64,000 bases of DNA from Eledone cirrhosa (GCA_964016885.1 OZ024740.1:96844001-96908000); one strand, 5' to 3'; positions 43,468 to 57,423 are shown, numbered from the stretch's first letter. Numbers and translations are program-made. The notes: a model not told the origin generated them from the sequence alone.

Positions 43468-44398
43468 CATCATTAAAAAAGTATCAATGAAAATTCGATA
43501 AAACCGCTAGGTAATTTTTTCATGTATTTTATAGATTGTTTATATATGTCGTAGTTATTTTCTGTATCGCTTCTTTTAATCTTTACCATATAATATTATT
43601 CACACAACATAGCTCCGGTTAACACCTGTATTAGTATTGTTTTATTTTAATCCACCTGGAATAAAATACAACTAATTAAATTTTCTGTTTGAAGAATTTC
43701 TTTTTCTACGTGTTGGTGTTATTTGTTTCTTTGTTTGCTTTTTAATGTTGGTATATTTTCGTGAATAAACTAATCTCATTCATTTTACAAAACCATGGTT
43801 GCTTGTTCGTTCATTTATTTTCATTGTTGGTGTTTGTTTTTCTTCACTTTTCAAGCTGTTTAGTCCCAAGTCAGCTCCGAGCAGTTATCAAATATCACTC
43901 TAATCACCATACTATCTGGTACAAACACGAAATTTATCAAGTCGTGTTTTCCCTTTTTATTAAAGATTGTTGAATGTGATATGAAGGAAATGCGTTTCAT
44001 ATTTCAAACAAAATGTGATAGATCCTAGATGTTTCTTCCTTGGGACAATTCTTCGTGTGTAATAATCTATGCTATAATGTACGAGAAGACGATGGTTAAA
44101 ACTGTAATAAGAGGATCTACCGTGCATATACAACCAGTTGAAGTATGTTCACATTAGCAGCATCAGTCCCATTTCAGATATGGACAAAGTACGTCAATAT
44201 CGAGGTTACTTGAACTTTGTTGCGACTTAAATTGTTAGTACTAAATATATTTTCAATTCAACCTCTCTAGGACATTCCCATCTACGTTACCTTACACACA
44301 CACATCATCATCATCATCATCATCGCTTAACGTCCATTTTCAACGGTAGTATGAGTTAGATGGGTTTTCCCATTAGAGGTAAGTTGGGTCACGTGACA

Positions 44399-44455
<57 letters not shown>

Positions 44456-44460
<5 letters not shown>

Positions 44461-44650
44461 AAAAGGTATGGCCCGACGGCACAGCTCAATCCGTTTCGAC
44501 GACTATTTCTGTCCAGAAATAGCCGTCGAAACGGCTTGAGCTCTGCCCTCGGGGTCATACTTTTTCCCTATTTCCCACTCTACTACCCTAAGTATTCAGT
44601 ACTCTGGTGCGTTATGGTCCATCTGGTTCCTTACCACCATTCCTTTGTCA
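44456..44650 (+). mobile_element. Miniature fold-back derivative of the PLE-1 family
   Basis: 44512-44650 matches 15113-15170 plus the PLE-1 tail. 44456-44510 is the inverted copy. Flanked by (TA)n. Confidence 0.88.
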
Positions 44651-45226
44651 TATATATATATATATACACACACGAACACAAACATAAACACATACACACA
44701 CAAACGCACACACACACACAAACACACACACATATATATATATAGTAATAATAATGATATTTATACTTATATATGGTTTATATATATTTATAAATATGGA
44801 GGGTAGTACTAAGCACTAGCCAATTACCAGTAAGTGAAAAGGCTCAATGTAAAATTATCAAATGTATTACAGATCCGAGATACAAAATATAAAACAATCA
44901 AATCTCAATTTAATAGTTACAAAAATCACAGAATAAGGAGCAATGGTGACAAGTGAAATATTAAGCATATTATATATAATGATATTCTTTAAAGTAATAC
45001 ATGAGCAAAAGATACAAGCAAAAAAAGGTGGAGGAAAAGATAGATAAAAGATGTCATAGCATTTAAAAGCAGGTACTGTTAAGGGCATATAATGCAAAAG
45101 TTACTAAAGGCATTCATATGTATGTATATATATATTTGAAAAATAAATGATATATATATATATATATATTGGAAAAATAAACGATATAGTTTCGTTTACA
45201 TGTATTAGATGTTTATTGTGTATCGA

Positions 45227-45313
45227 CCTGTTACAAGCGTTTCGCCAGTGATTGGCTCCTGGTCACACTTAGGTGTAAGTGACCGAATTTATCAATCTCT
45301 TCTTCAGACCAGA
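45227..45313 (-). ncRNA. Hammerhead with long stem II insertion
   Basis: CTGGT-CTGAAGA-[GGTCAC..GTGACC hairpin]-GGC-GAAAC-GCTT-GTA^ACAG. Confidence 0.65.
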
Positions 45314-45478
45314 GATGTTACAAAAATATATAGTGTTTGGTGTGATTTGTGAGATCCTATTTTTTATGTGTGGCCATATGTGGGTGTTGGAGAGCAATAG
45401 ATAGTGTAGCTTTTTGCGTGTATATGCAGACGTATATTCATGCACCCCACATACACCCTAACACAAAGATAAGACTGC

Positions 45479-45532
<54 letters not shown>

Positions 45533-45533
<1 letters not shown>

Positions 45534-47120
45534 TCAAATACTGGTATTTGGAGGCCATGGGTTTAGCATAGTGTGAATGGAGAATTTGGCCCTCTCGTCT
45601 ATAGTGTTAATCCAGAGTTCTGTGTCTAATACAGGTAGTCTATTGTTAGGGTGTTTGGAAGGGTAGTCAACAGTTACAGTTATACTCTGGTGTATGGAGT
45701 TAGCCATCTGCTAAATTCTCCACTGACACTATGCTAATCCCATGGCCTCCAAATACCAGATACTCAAAACCTCAGAAATGTCGTGTCGTGCTAAGTTTAA
45801 TATTCTGATCGCAGACTGTGTACGAGTGATGAAGAACGTGTTCCGCATGTGCGACCCAACTGAAATGGAAAGACACATCCAACACTTCATCAACCGCATG
45901 CGGTTCTCTTGCCACAACCAAAGAGACAGAATCAGAATAAACAAAGAAACCACGGAGAAGTATAAGACCCTCATATAAATGGACATGAAAGAAATGTACC
46001 CATTATACAGGAGCAAATCATGGAATAGCTTAGATAGGACTAAACATAAGATAGGGAAAGAGATTTCATTGTACGACAACCAGAGATACCAGAGTGTCAT
46101 GTTCGTGGATGTTGCCCCTTGGGGGATATTAGCTAATCAATGTAGAAAGGCCCTAAGAAAGACACACTTAAAAGTTAAAGTGGTAGAAAAGCCGCGAACT
46201 TCCCTAAAATCGCTGAACAGCAAAACATGCCCCTTTAAGAAAACCGACCGTACTAGTAAGACATGTGTTATATGTAAAGTGAACCCCCAGATGAACTGTA
46301 CAACTACAAATATAGTCTATAGCATAAGATCTACAGAGGGCTATTGCAGAAAGATGACAACGACATACATAGGTGAGACAGCTCAAAGCATAGGAGAAAG
46401 AATAGACCAACACAGAGGGGAATTAAAAGGACAAAAACCTGTTGAGTACTATACGAACACGCAAGACAAAGATATGACGGTAATATAGACAACATAGAAA
46501 TTAATATATTACCTAAACATAGAAATGACCCAACAGGGAGGCAAATCAGAGAAGCAAGTGAAATAGAGCTTAGAAAACCAAAGTTAAACAGAAAAGAACG
46601 AGTGGAATAACAACAACCACCATACCCAAACAAACAATACTGACTGAAGGAAAATATAAATAAATAAATATATACACAAGTACAATAACAACAAACACAT
46701 AAACACACACTATAAACAAAGATAGAAAACAAAAACTAAAAAACACATACACTCAAACGCGAACACACACACCAAATATTATACACACACGCAAACGCAT
46801 GCGCAGAGACAGAGAGAAAAATAAATATATAAATAAAATAAAAATGGCCTAAACATTACAATACAATAGGAGGTAACATGATAATAGTACCACTGATGAT
46901 GATGCAGATGTGCAACGAAACAACTTTCATAGACTATATATATATATTTATATCTGTATTTTTAACCGTCGGTCAGTCAATGATAAACATTGATTGCCAA
47001 ATAAATTAACTATGGAGATATAAAAGATACAGAAGCAAAAGCAAACCAAACACTGAGTGTATTCTGTTATTAATTCTGGCAATATTATTACAACAATATG
47101 ACCCTCCCCAAGTATGACTA
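45533..47120 (+). mobile_element. Penelope-like element PLE-3, 5'-truncated and 5'-inverted, second lineage (CxxC linker)
   Basis: Minus 45541-45712 encodes ANSIHQSITVTVDYPSKHPNNRLPVLDTELW. Plus strand encodes HYANPMASKY.., CVIC..NIVYSIR..YIGETAQSIGERIDQH. Hammerhead core at 46893-46920. Confidence 0.88.
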
Positions 47121-47139
47121 TATATTATATATGTATATG

Positions 47140-47226
<87 letters not shown>

Positions 47227-47419
47227 GGGGACAGAGATACATACACATACATACACACACACACACATATATGTATATATATATGTTTATATTTATATAT
47301 ATGTGTAATATGAAACGTGTGCGTACCAACCAATGTATATACATACATATCTTTGTATATATATACAGTCGTTGTTTTATCGGCAAGTGATTAGCTATGA
47401 TGCTTTAATTCGCTACGTC

Positions 47420-47775
47420 AAACAATATCAGAAACTTTGCCTTTCATCGTTACAGGGTCGATAACATAATGTATAGTAATGCAATGGGTTGGAGTTAATC
47501 GACTTTCCCTTTCCACCTAAAAGTGTTTGCCTTGTACCTAAATCAGAAACCATTATTACTGAAACCTTTCCAGTATCGGTAGAGCGTCGGACAACTTGTT
47601 TTGCGGCATGTAGCTACGACTCATTGTGTTCCGAATCCAAATCCTGTCGAGGTTAGTTTTGCCTTTCATCCTTACGTGGTCAATAACATTAAACACCAGT
47701 AATGCACTGAGGTCGATTTAATCGACTTACCGCTCCTCCCAATAGTGTTGGTTTTGTACCTAAATCTGAAACCAT
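47420..47775 (+). mobile_element. Two adjacent SINE copies
   Basis: GCCTTTCATC.TTAC..GGTC.ATAACAT central domain occurs twice. Confidence 0.7.
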
Positions 47776-50700
47776 TTATATTGCAAGCAAGCACAATGCA
47801 GCTGCATGATGCAATTAAATGCCCACCAAGTCTCCTTTAAATCTTACCTTACACTCTTAAATGACACGTTAGAGAGTTTAATCATAGACATTCTATGTTT
47901 GTATAAATGCTAAGACGGTCAGGACAAATAATATGTAATATGAAATCTGGTGTATATGTTGTGGAAAATGTTGGTCACACAGATAAGGGGATGGTAGCAG
48001 TGTGTATGTATTCAAAATATAGTGACAGCAGTGGTGGTATCTTAATCCAGCTTTGCAACAGCCTTTATGAGATGTTGGTGGTAAGAATGTGTGTGAGACA
48101 AAAATCGGGAGAGTATGATGGTGGTTGTTTTCTAATTTCCACTATGTAACAAATATCTATTGGAAAACAATCATAAATGTGTCTGTGCGATTTTTTAAAT
48201 GCCAGAATACAATATTAGTTCAGTCAATATTAATCAACATTGACATATGTTCCAAGGCAAATCACATACTTCTTCCAGTTTCGGCGTTACTTGGCTGAAA
48301 GTAGATATTGTATATTATGATTAAAGGTTATATGTTAATATATCAGTCGGTGTGTCACCTTATGCTATTAACACTTATTTAATCCAATTCTAAATGATAT
48401 AATTTACTTTCAAACAATGTCACCTAAGTCGGTAGGAAAATCAGTTATATACTATACAACAATGACAATACGGTTTTAGAGTAGTGATGCTGGATTATTA
48501 GAATGGCTTGCGTGACATTTTCGCACCAAATAAATTGAATGCAGGTTTAGATATTAGTCTATTCCACTACATAATATACTATTATTTCTCACTTAGGTCG
48601 AATTATTATTATCAATATTTGTGCATGTTTCTAATTAACTACGGTCATCTTTCGCAATCGAGTATGCTTTGGTAGTATGTATCATGATTTCATTAAATTA
48701 TTTCACTACCTAAATGAATATGATACGGCACAGAAAAGCCTGCAAGCATCCTTCTCTTGATGCGGGAACATTCAGGATATGGCAGCTGATTGGGGACTAT
48801 ACCAGCACCGGTTTGGAAGTTCCTTCATCGACCATGAAAGGCTGACATTCAAAATGTATCTCGGTGAGCTTTGAACGTCTGAGACCATATAATGTTGAAT
48901 AAGAAGCTGTAATGCTAGATGATCCAGTATCTGATGTTCACGATTGATATAATATTCTATATAAAAGGATTTGTTGACACATGTATTAGTTATAAACAAC
49001 TTCTCTTTAATTGATTCTACACTCTTTTTATAATACAATTTCTTTGTGAAATTTGTCATATACGCATTATTAGACAATCATGGTAACGGATGCAGGCATA
49101 GTTGTGTGGTCAAAAGAAGCACTTCACTTCACTGCTTGGCATCTTGAGTAAATGTTCTCATAACTTTGTGTAGGCTAAAGTCTTGTGATTGGAATTAGAT
49201 GAAAGGAAATTGTATGAAGCCCGTCGCATGAAATGTACGTTGTGAGACATTGATTCAATTGTGGAACATTCATTAAGGGTTAATGTGTATGTGCAATATC
49301 CCACCACTTACACGTTCATTCTTGATTTAGACGACTAGTCTTTTGAGCAACTGAACGAGCATAATAAAAACCAATGATAGAACCACCATCAATAGATATA
49401 TGGCCTCATGAAACATGTGTATACTTAGAAATGAATATGAAATTATCACAGTCAATCTTGTCCTTGAGTTTGATTTTATTAAATCTCTTCTCATTATCAA
49501 CAAGTGTGGAATATTTACTGAGATATGACGTTGAGTTCAAACAGCCATTGGAAAGGTTTTATTACATCTGTAGTGAATGCAATCATAGCTACTTGTCTTA
49601 ATCAACTAAAATGCCACTGTTGTTGTGTCTGTTTGTTCATTGTGGTGGTGATGATGTTTAGTAGCTTTCTCAGAAAAGGATGAGCGGCGCTCATAAACTT
49701 TTATAGCCTCTTCGATTGTTGGGAAGAAATCACAAACATACACACAACAGTCAGAAGTAGACTCCGGCAATGATATACCAGAGTCAGATGTGGTGTTCAA
49801 CACATTGTTAGCTGAATTTATTTCCTACTGATCCAAACGCAGTGTCTTGTTGCTGCAATTATTTTTGCCATCGCTGTAGCTTTTCTTGTTGTTGTTGCTG
49901 CTGCTTTACCCCAGGTCAACTCTGATTCATCATGGCCATCCATATTTGCCCTTCCATTTTTTTATGGAAGAGTAGTGTCTGTTCTCTGAATGAGAACGAT
50001 AGAATAGTCTACTGTTTCTCTCAGGCCAAGGGTCGTCATAAAATCACCCTGTATATTCAGGTTGATTCGCTGGTTTATTTTGTAAGGTATTCAGGTGTGA
50101 ATGTTTTGTACTAACAATCCATAAAGGATATTTGTATTGTTGAATGCATACAATTATCTGTATTATAGAGGAATTTCTTGTAAAGATACAAAGGAAACGC
50201 AAATTACAAAATGAAAACATAAAGAAAAACGCTTAAGTAAAGAAAAACGATTTTCTTAGTCACTGACAAACAATTCATTGAATATTTCCCAGTTGGATGT
50301 CAGACCTTGCCTGTAATATGTGAGTAGATACTTTACTAGCTTTCATATATTTTATGTTTATTGTTTTTTATTTATATATTTATGTAATCTATTTCACATT
50401 TTTAAGCGATTTTGTTTCCTCAGCGGATCATCTGTCACATTTCAGCCAGCCTCCAAACATCTTGTTTCTTTTGTTTGTTCTTTGGGGGAGATGGTTAGTT
50501 ATGTTTTCATTTTATTTTAACAACAATGTAATTTCCATTTTCAAAACAGATTTACATCCATGCAAATTGGTTTACAAAATATAAAAGCAACATGGTATAT
50601 CAGAATTGTTCGCAATAATAGTCCCAGTGAGTTATGTGTGAAAGCACACACGCTGTCTTTCAGATCTGTGAGATGTATATATTGTTGTGATAAACTATCT

Positions 50701-52735
50701 CTATGGAATTCTGAGCAACAAAATGAAATAATCTTTGCTTCTTCACTAAATCTTTAACAGATAAAATGCAACAAAACAAGAATATTTGAGCCAACCAGGG
50801 AGTTTGTACACAGTTATTTGAACGGCTAGAAATAGAAACCAAATTTATATCATGCTGTTTTAAAAAGTATATTAGTCAGCGCATAATGAGGGCCTGAATG
50901 TACACTGCCTGTAATAAAAGACAATATGTTGATGGCCTGAATGCCTTTCGAAAATATTCTAATCAATCAGCAATGCTAACAACGACAACATCAGCCTGAG
51001 TTCTGTAATAGATAGCGTCATTTCAGATCTCCTATTTCGATAAGCCATCAGATGAAAAGAAAAGCAACGGAGGTATTTACAAAAAAAGTTCGAGCGTCTT
51101 ACGAAATGCCTTGTGCTAATTATATCCAGTCAAGGTTAGATATCCACTTCATTCTTTCGGAGACGATAAGGTATCAGTCTAGAATGGAGGAGTCATTAGA
51201 GGATCGGACGAGATGCGTTATGGTATTTGTTCTGTCTAGTAAACTTAATAGGTCATTCCATATAACACCACCGCCTGCTGTGTGATACGTTTGAGGTAGT
51301 TCGAATCCGTCACTCGGTATACTATTCCTGTATGTCCCTTGGGAATATGTAACGGAGTTCACTCTCCAAGATTCGCATCTGTCAGGATACATTTCTCTCT
51401 CCTCCCATCCGACTCGGAGGACCTGAAATGTGTTATGGACACTGCCTTCTTCAAAGAAATATTCCAATTGACATATCAGTACACAATCAGATGAATTTCA
51501 AATAAACCTCAGTTTTGATGGACGCTGTTAAGATTAAGGTTAATATGACAGCTGAAATAATTTAGTATATTTAGTAACATATGTTTCCCTTTAAAAATGT
51601 TAAATATACTGGGACAAGTATTTGAGGTATATCATTCGGGAGCCAATAAATAAACAGCAGTCATATACTCTGGTTTACACGAAATTTCCTCTAATTAAAG
51701 ATTCGTGATCTAATACCTAATTTAAAAATTATAAATCGTATTTAATATAGCTAAATTCTTCTTCTTTCTTAAATCAATATTTCAGCGTAAAACTAAATTT
51801 CATTTATAAATATTGTCTTTTTTTTTCTATTAAGGACAATGCAAAACTTTACAAAGTGGTGAAATATATTGAGTTACCTTCGTTTACTGAATGTTTTGTA
51901 TGTTGGGTTTCATCTGGGAACCGTATAAAGTTCGTGGATATTATCTCTAAACGGGGGTGTCACACAATTTCCCTCTTAGACATTTCACAAACGTGACTTG
52001 GGCATTAACTGGAGTTAAAGTCGAAGTGGTATAGAACAAGATTCCACAAAGTTTCGAAGAGAATTTCTTAAACACACTCCCATGCCTGTAGTAAATTGTA
52101 CCGAGGGTCTTTCAACATCTTATAATTCTCTCTATTCCATGTACATAACTTAATGACGAGTGCATATAATTATTAAAAGGTTACATGTGAACATATATAC
52201 AAGCAATTTATGAATAATAAAGTCTCGTCGTTTGTTTCTTAAGGTACGAACATATCGCAACTACAACAACGTCAGTTTATACATGTATTTTATAGCCGTT
52301 GCTGATCGTCAGCTGACTTACGTTCACATAATGAGGTATGAATAATAGTAAAATGTTATAGATTTGCTAAACAAATTATTCATCCAGAAGAATAATACAT
52401 ATAAACCAAATATTTATTGTTTCATAAAACTAGAAGAATAAAACAGAGCAAATAGAGGCGTCCGAAGACAATTTGTTGCAATCATTATCACTCTATATTT
52501 CAGAACTTTATTCCATCATTTAAATTCCGGTTTATTTACAGTCAAACAACCGTATGTATTTCTGCCTACACAAATTATGATATATGGAAATACTAACACA
52601 CACGGAACTCGACCTGCACAAAACATGTATGTAATACGGATACTTATCTATGCAAACACGCACACACACACACATCTCTCTCTCTCTCACTCTCCCTCTC
52701 GCTCACTCTCTCCCTCTCTCTCTCTCTTTCTCTAT

Positions 52736-52788
<53 letters not shown>

Positions 52789-53071
52789 AAGGTTGATCAA
52801 TAATCTGCGACATTTCCTTAAACATGAGTGAAGCGCTCAACGGTTTCTGTTCCTTAGAATTTTCTCCGTAAGGTGTCGTCCGGAGGTTTAGTATAAGAAA
52901 GGCTGTTTTATTCGTACATCTTCATCTGTTTTATTCGTACATTCGTATCGGTTTACCAAACATTTTCTATAATGGTCGGTTTGTTTGTTTGTAAACAAAC
53001 AAACAAACCAAATTATGCCGTACAGTGTTTAGGCAACCACGTCACCTTTTTGTTCAACACTGACACATGAA

Positions 53072-53112
53072 CGATGTACTAGTTTCAAGCTGATTAGCTA
53101 TCGTCAGCATCG
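53072..53112 (-). ncRNA. Minimal type I hammerhead
   Basis: CGATG-CTGACGA-TAGCT-AATC-AGCTT-GAAAC-TA-GTA^CATCG. Confidence 0.9.
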
Positions 53113-53771
53113 TATACCTTCCTGCCAGATGGTTGAACGTCTGAAAGTATATACTTCCATATGCATATTAACGGCTGAGCAGCCTAATTTGCATATCGAG
53201 TGAGTTCAGTCGGCCGGGCACACCGAAAACGATAAATGGAATAGAATGAAACAAAATTTTCATTTCTCACTCTTAGTACGGCACTTACTTAAAGGTAAGT
53301 ATGTGTGTATGTATACGTACATACATATATGTATAGAGACGTACAGTAGTATGTATATATATACATACATGCACACATATATATATATGCACGTATCGGT
53401 TTACCGAACATTTATTATAATGCTCGGTTTCTTTGTTTGTAAACAAACAAACAGCCCGAATTACGCCGTACAGTGTTTAGGCAACCACGTCACCATGTTG
53501 TTCAACACTGACACAGGAACGACGTACTAGTTTCAAGCTTATTAGCTACTGTACGTCTGTATACATATATGTGTGTACATATACATACTTATATTTAAGT
53601 AACAGCCGTACTAAGAGTTAGAAATGAAATTTCGTTTCATTTTTTCCGTTTATCGTTTTCGGTATCCCGGCCGATTAACTCACTCAATATGCAAATTGGG
53701 CTGCTCAGCCGTTAATATGCATAAGTAAAGTATATACTTTCAGATGTTCAACCATCTGGCAGGAAGGTATA

Positions 53772-53812
53772 CGTTGCTGACGATAGTTAATAAGCTTGAA
53801 ACTAGTACAGCG
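53772..53812 (+). ncRNA. Minimal type I hammerhead
   Basis: CGTTG-CTGACGA-TAGTT-AATA-AGCTT-GAAAC-TA-GTA^CAGCG. Confidence 0.88.
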
Positions 53813-54258
53813 TTCTTTGTCGGTGTTGAACAAAAGGTTAACGATGGTTGCTAGACATTGTACGGCTTAATTCGGGATGTTTGTTTACAAACACACCGAG
53901 CATTATAATAAATGTTCAGTGAATCCATACGTACATATATGTATGTGTGCATGTATATATATATATATATATGTATATATTTATTAAAATAACAGATTAA
54001 ACTTTAAGCAAATAATCGCTGCTTTCAACCTTAACGGGATCTTCTGAAACTAAAAAAGTCAATCTGTGAACGTAGAACGGAATATTTCAAAATACTTTGC
54101 AACCGAAGTAAGGCAGGAAGACGATACTTTCATTCGTGGAAACGTTCCCTGGCAAAGAACGGGAAAAAACGAAAATAATACATCATTATTATAACCTATG
54201 TTTATTGCTCTAGTCTTTATTTGGCCCATGGAGCGCCTGTCAGCATAACACGGATATA

Positions 54259-54341
<83 letters not shown>

Positions 54342-54342
<1 letters not shown>

Positions 54343-55820
54343 GCGGCGGCGGTGAATCAGTTTTGCGAGGTTTTTTATATGAAATCGTGTGTCGAAACAA
54401 ATATTGTTATACTTGGGGAGGGTCATATTTGTGTAATATTGCCAGAATTAATAACAGAACACACTCACTGTTTGGTTGGTTTTCGCTTCTCGCTGTCTTT
54501 TATATCGGTAATCTAACTTACTCGGTCCTCAATGTTGCCATTGACTGACCGACGGTCAAAAATAATACAGATACAATATAGACACAAACACATATATATA
54601 TAGTTTATCATAAATCTTTCGTTGCACATCTGCAACATCGTCAGTGATGTTATATTTTCCTCCTGTTGTGTTGCATGTCTACGCCATTTTTATTCAGTCT
54701 GTCTATATATATATTTATTTATTTGCTTGTTTGTTTATTTTATTTCGTCTTCTTTGCGCATGCGTTTGCGTGTGTGTATAGTGATATGTTTGCTTTGTGA
54801 TGGGTGACTAGTGTGTGTTTATGTGCTTGTTGTTATTGTGCTTGTGTATGTATTTATTTATTTATTTATCTTATTTTATTTACTTATTTATACTTCTCTT
54901 AGGTCAGTGTTGTTTGTTTGGGTGTTGTTGTTATTCCATTCATTCTTTCTGTTTAGCTTTGGTCTTCTAATTTCTATTTATTAAACTGTAAAACTAGAAA
55001 CGTAGTCTATAGCATAAGATGTACAGAGGGTACTTGCAGAAACATAACAACAACATACATAGGTGAGACAGCTCGTAGCATAGGTGAAAGGATAGACCAA
55101 CACTGGGGGGAACGAAAAGGACGAAAAAACGGGTCAGTACTATACGAACATGCTAGACGACAACATGACGGTAACATAGACAACATAGAAATTAGAATAA
55201 TATCTAAACATAGAAATGACCCAGCAGATAGGCAAATCAAAGAGGCCAGTGAAATAGAAATTAGAAGACCAAAGCTAAACAGAAAGAATGAATGGTATAA
55301 CAACAACACCCAAACAAACAACACTGACCTAAGAGAAGTAAAAATAAGTAAATAAAATAAGATAAATAAATAAATAAATACATACACAAGCACAATAAAA
55401 ACAAGCACATAAACACACACTAGTCACCCGTCACACAGCAAACATAACACTATACACACACGCAAACGCATGCGCAAAGAAGACGAAATAAAATAAACAA
55501 ACAAGCAAATAAATAAATAAATATATAGACAGACTGAATAAAAATGGCGTAGACATACAACACAACAGGAGGAAAATATAACACCACTGACGATATTGCA
55601 GATGTGCAACGAAAGATTTATGATAAACTATATATATGTGTTTGTGTCTATATTGTATCTGTATTATTTTTTACCGTCGGTCAGTCAATGGCATCATTGA
55701 GGACCGAGTAAGTTAGATTACCGATATAAAAGACAGCGAGAAGCGAAAACCAACCAAACAGTGAGTGTGTTCTGTTATTAATTCTGGCAATATTACACAA
55801 ATATGACCCTCCCCAAGTAT

Positions 55821-55826
<6 letters not shown>
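54342..55826 (+). mobile_element. Penelope-like element PLE-4 (same family as PLE-3), truncated to the GIY-YIG domain, with an inverted 3' arm
   Basis: 54985-55350 encodes NCKTRNVVYSIRCTEGTC..YIGETARSIGERIDQH..RQIKEA..KLNRKNEW. 54402-54978 is the reverse complement of 55251-55827. Hammerhead cores at 55587 (+) and 54644 (-). (TA)n flanks. Confidence 0.92.
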
Positions 55827-55865
<39 letters not shown>

Positions 55866-55899
55866 TACAAGCCTATAAACATATATGATGTATACACAA

Positions 55900-56230
55900 T
55901 TTCGAGGAATGCCATCACATGCTGCTTAATCATGGGAATTCCCGGCGTGGCTTTTTACTGCTGCTATGGACTTGCTTGTGGCCAGCAATACCATGCATCG
56001 CAAACATGTCATATTTCAAGCAATGTCTGTGATTGAAGCTTTTCTAAGTAAGGAACAATTTTGCAAGTTGCTGATCCCACTCTCTGAACATCGAATGCAT
56101 TTGCCCTAAATGGAGAACGGGTCGACATCATTGAAGGTAAATGATGTCGCAGGCTTCATATAAGATTGACCTTCTCCTAGAGAGTTATCTTCGTGAACAC
56201 TAAGAAACTCCTGCTCCACAAAAGACAAAA
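55900..56230 (-). pseudogene. Possible decayed Harbinger transposase N-terminal fragment
   Basis: YMKPATSF..DVDP and QRVGSATCKIV..VCDA weakly resemble RM.P.TF and FRVG.ST..KIV.EVC.A. Confidence 0.25.
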
Positions 56231-56432
56231 ATAACTTTATTTGATGAACGTTAACAAATTTGTTTTTCACCCTGCAGTGTGACCGACATCAAACTCCTTA
56301 ATAATGAAGCTTGGAATGGTTGCCGGTTTATATACATATATATACATATACATACACACACACATTCACATACACACACACACATACACACCCACAAACA
56401 TATATATATGTAAATATATATATGTATATATG

Positions 56433-56536
<104 letters not shown>

Positions 56537-56629
56537 TAAATATTTCTCTTAATAGTAATAAGGTAATAAGAAATTACTGACCTTCCTGTATATAGTTGTT
56601 TATACTATATACATAACTATAATTAGTCT

Positions 56630-56691
<62 letters not shown>

Positions 56692-56693
<2 letters not shown>

Positions 56694-57412
56694 GAATGAC
56701 GTAAAATAAGAAAATTATAAAAATTAAGTTAATTTTTATAATTTTCTTATATGACGTCATTCATATAATTGTTCTGCATTCCCTTGCATTGAACCACAAA
56801 GTTACTAAGACAGAACCTATATATTTGCTAGCATAGGTATGCATCTGTATATATATATGTTGGTAGATATACTAATTCTTTATAATTATCTCTAAATTAT
56901 TTTGTTGAGCAAAAATTTGCCAAAACTGCTACTATAGTTCATAGTAATGGCTTGGCTACTGTCTTTTTAACACCCCACTCCTCAATGATTAACCTCGATG
57001 TCACGTGATTGATTCTTTTGAATTTGCCACCGACTAAGTAGGCAGTGATTCTTTCAATGTATTGGAATTTAGTCCACGCTTGCTTTTTTCCATCCACTGA
57101 ATTATTTTTGTATTAGTTACCTGTGTCCACGCATCGCCAGGTATCTTAGCTGATAACATACTTCCTGATGACGAAACGTCTTCTCCATGCTTTCCATTTG
57201 GAAACCATGTTAATTCCCTTTCAGAAACTAATTAGTTTGAGTGAAATTTTAGTAAGTAAGTTAATTTTTATAATTTTCTTACTTTACGTCATTCATATAA
57301 TTGTTCTGCATCCCCTTGCATTGAACCACAAAGTTACTAAGACAAAACCTATATATTTGCTAGCATAGGAATGCATCTGTATATATATTTTGGTAGATAT
57401 ACTAATTATTTA
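56692..57412 (+). mobile_element. Non-coding element with a ~155 bp direct repeat (period ~532 bp) and a 5' hairpin, in (TA)n
   Basis: 56726-56880 is repeated at 57258-57410, and 56694-56727 is inverted. CTGATGA at 57165. Confidence 0.78.
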
Positions 57413-57423
57413 TATATATATAT

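Larger units (their letters stand above)
52944..53935. mobile_element. Non-coding retrozyme-like element: tandem ~448 bp unit plus inverted copy
   Basis: 52944-53100 is repeated at 53393-53548, and 53585-53935 is inverted. Minimal hammerheads are present and there is no credible ORF. Confidence 0.85.

Noticed and set aside
48775-48868. Plus-strand exon candidate (CAG...GTGAG)
   Set aside because: No polypyrimidine tract, no recognisable peptide and no partner exons.
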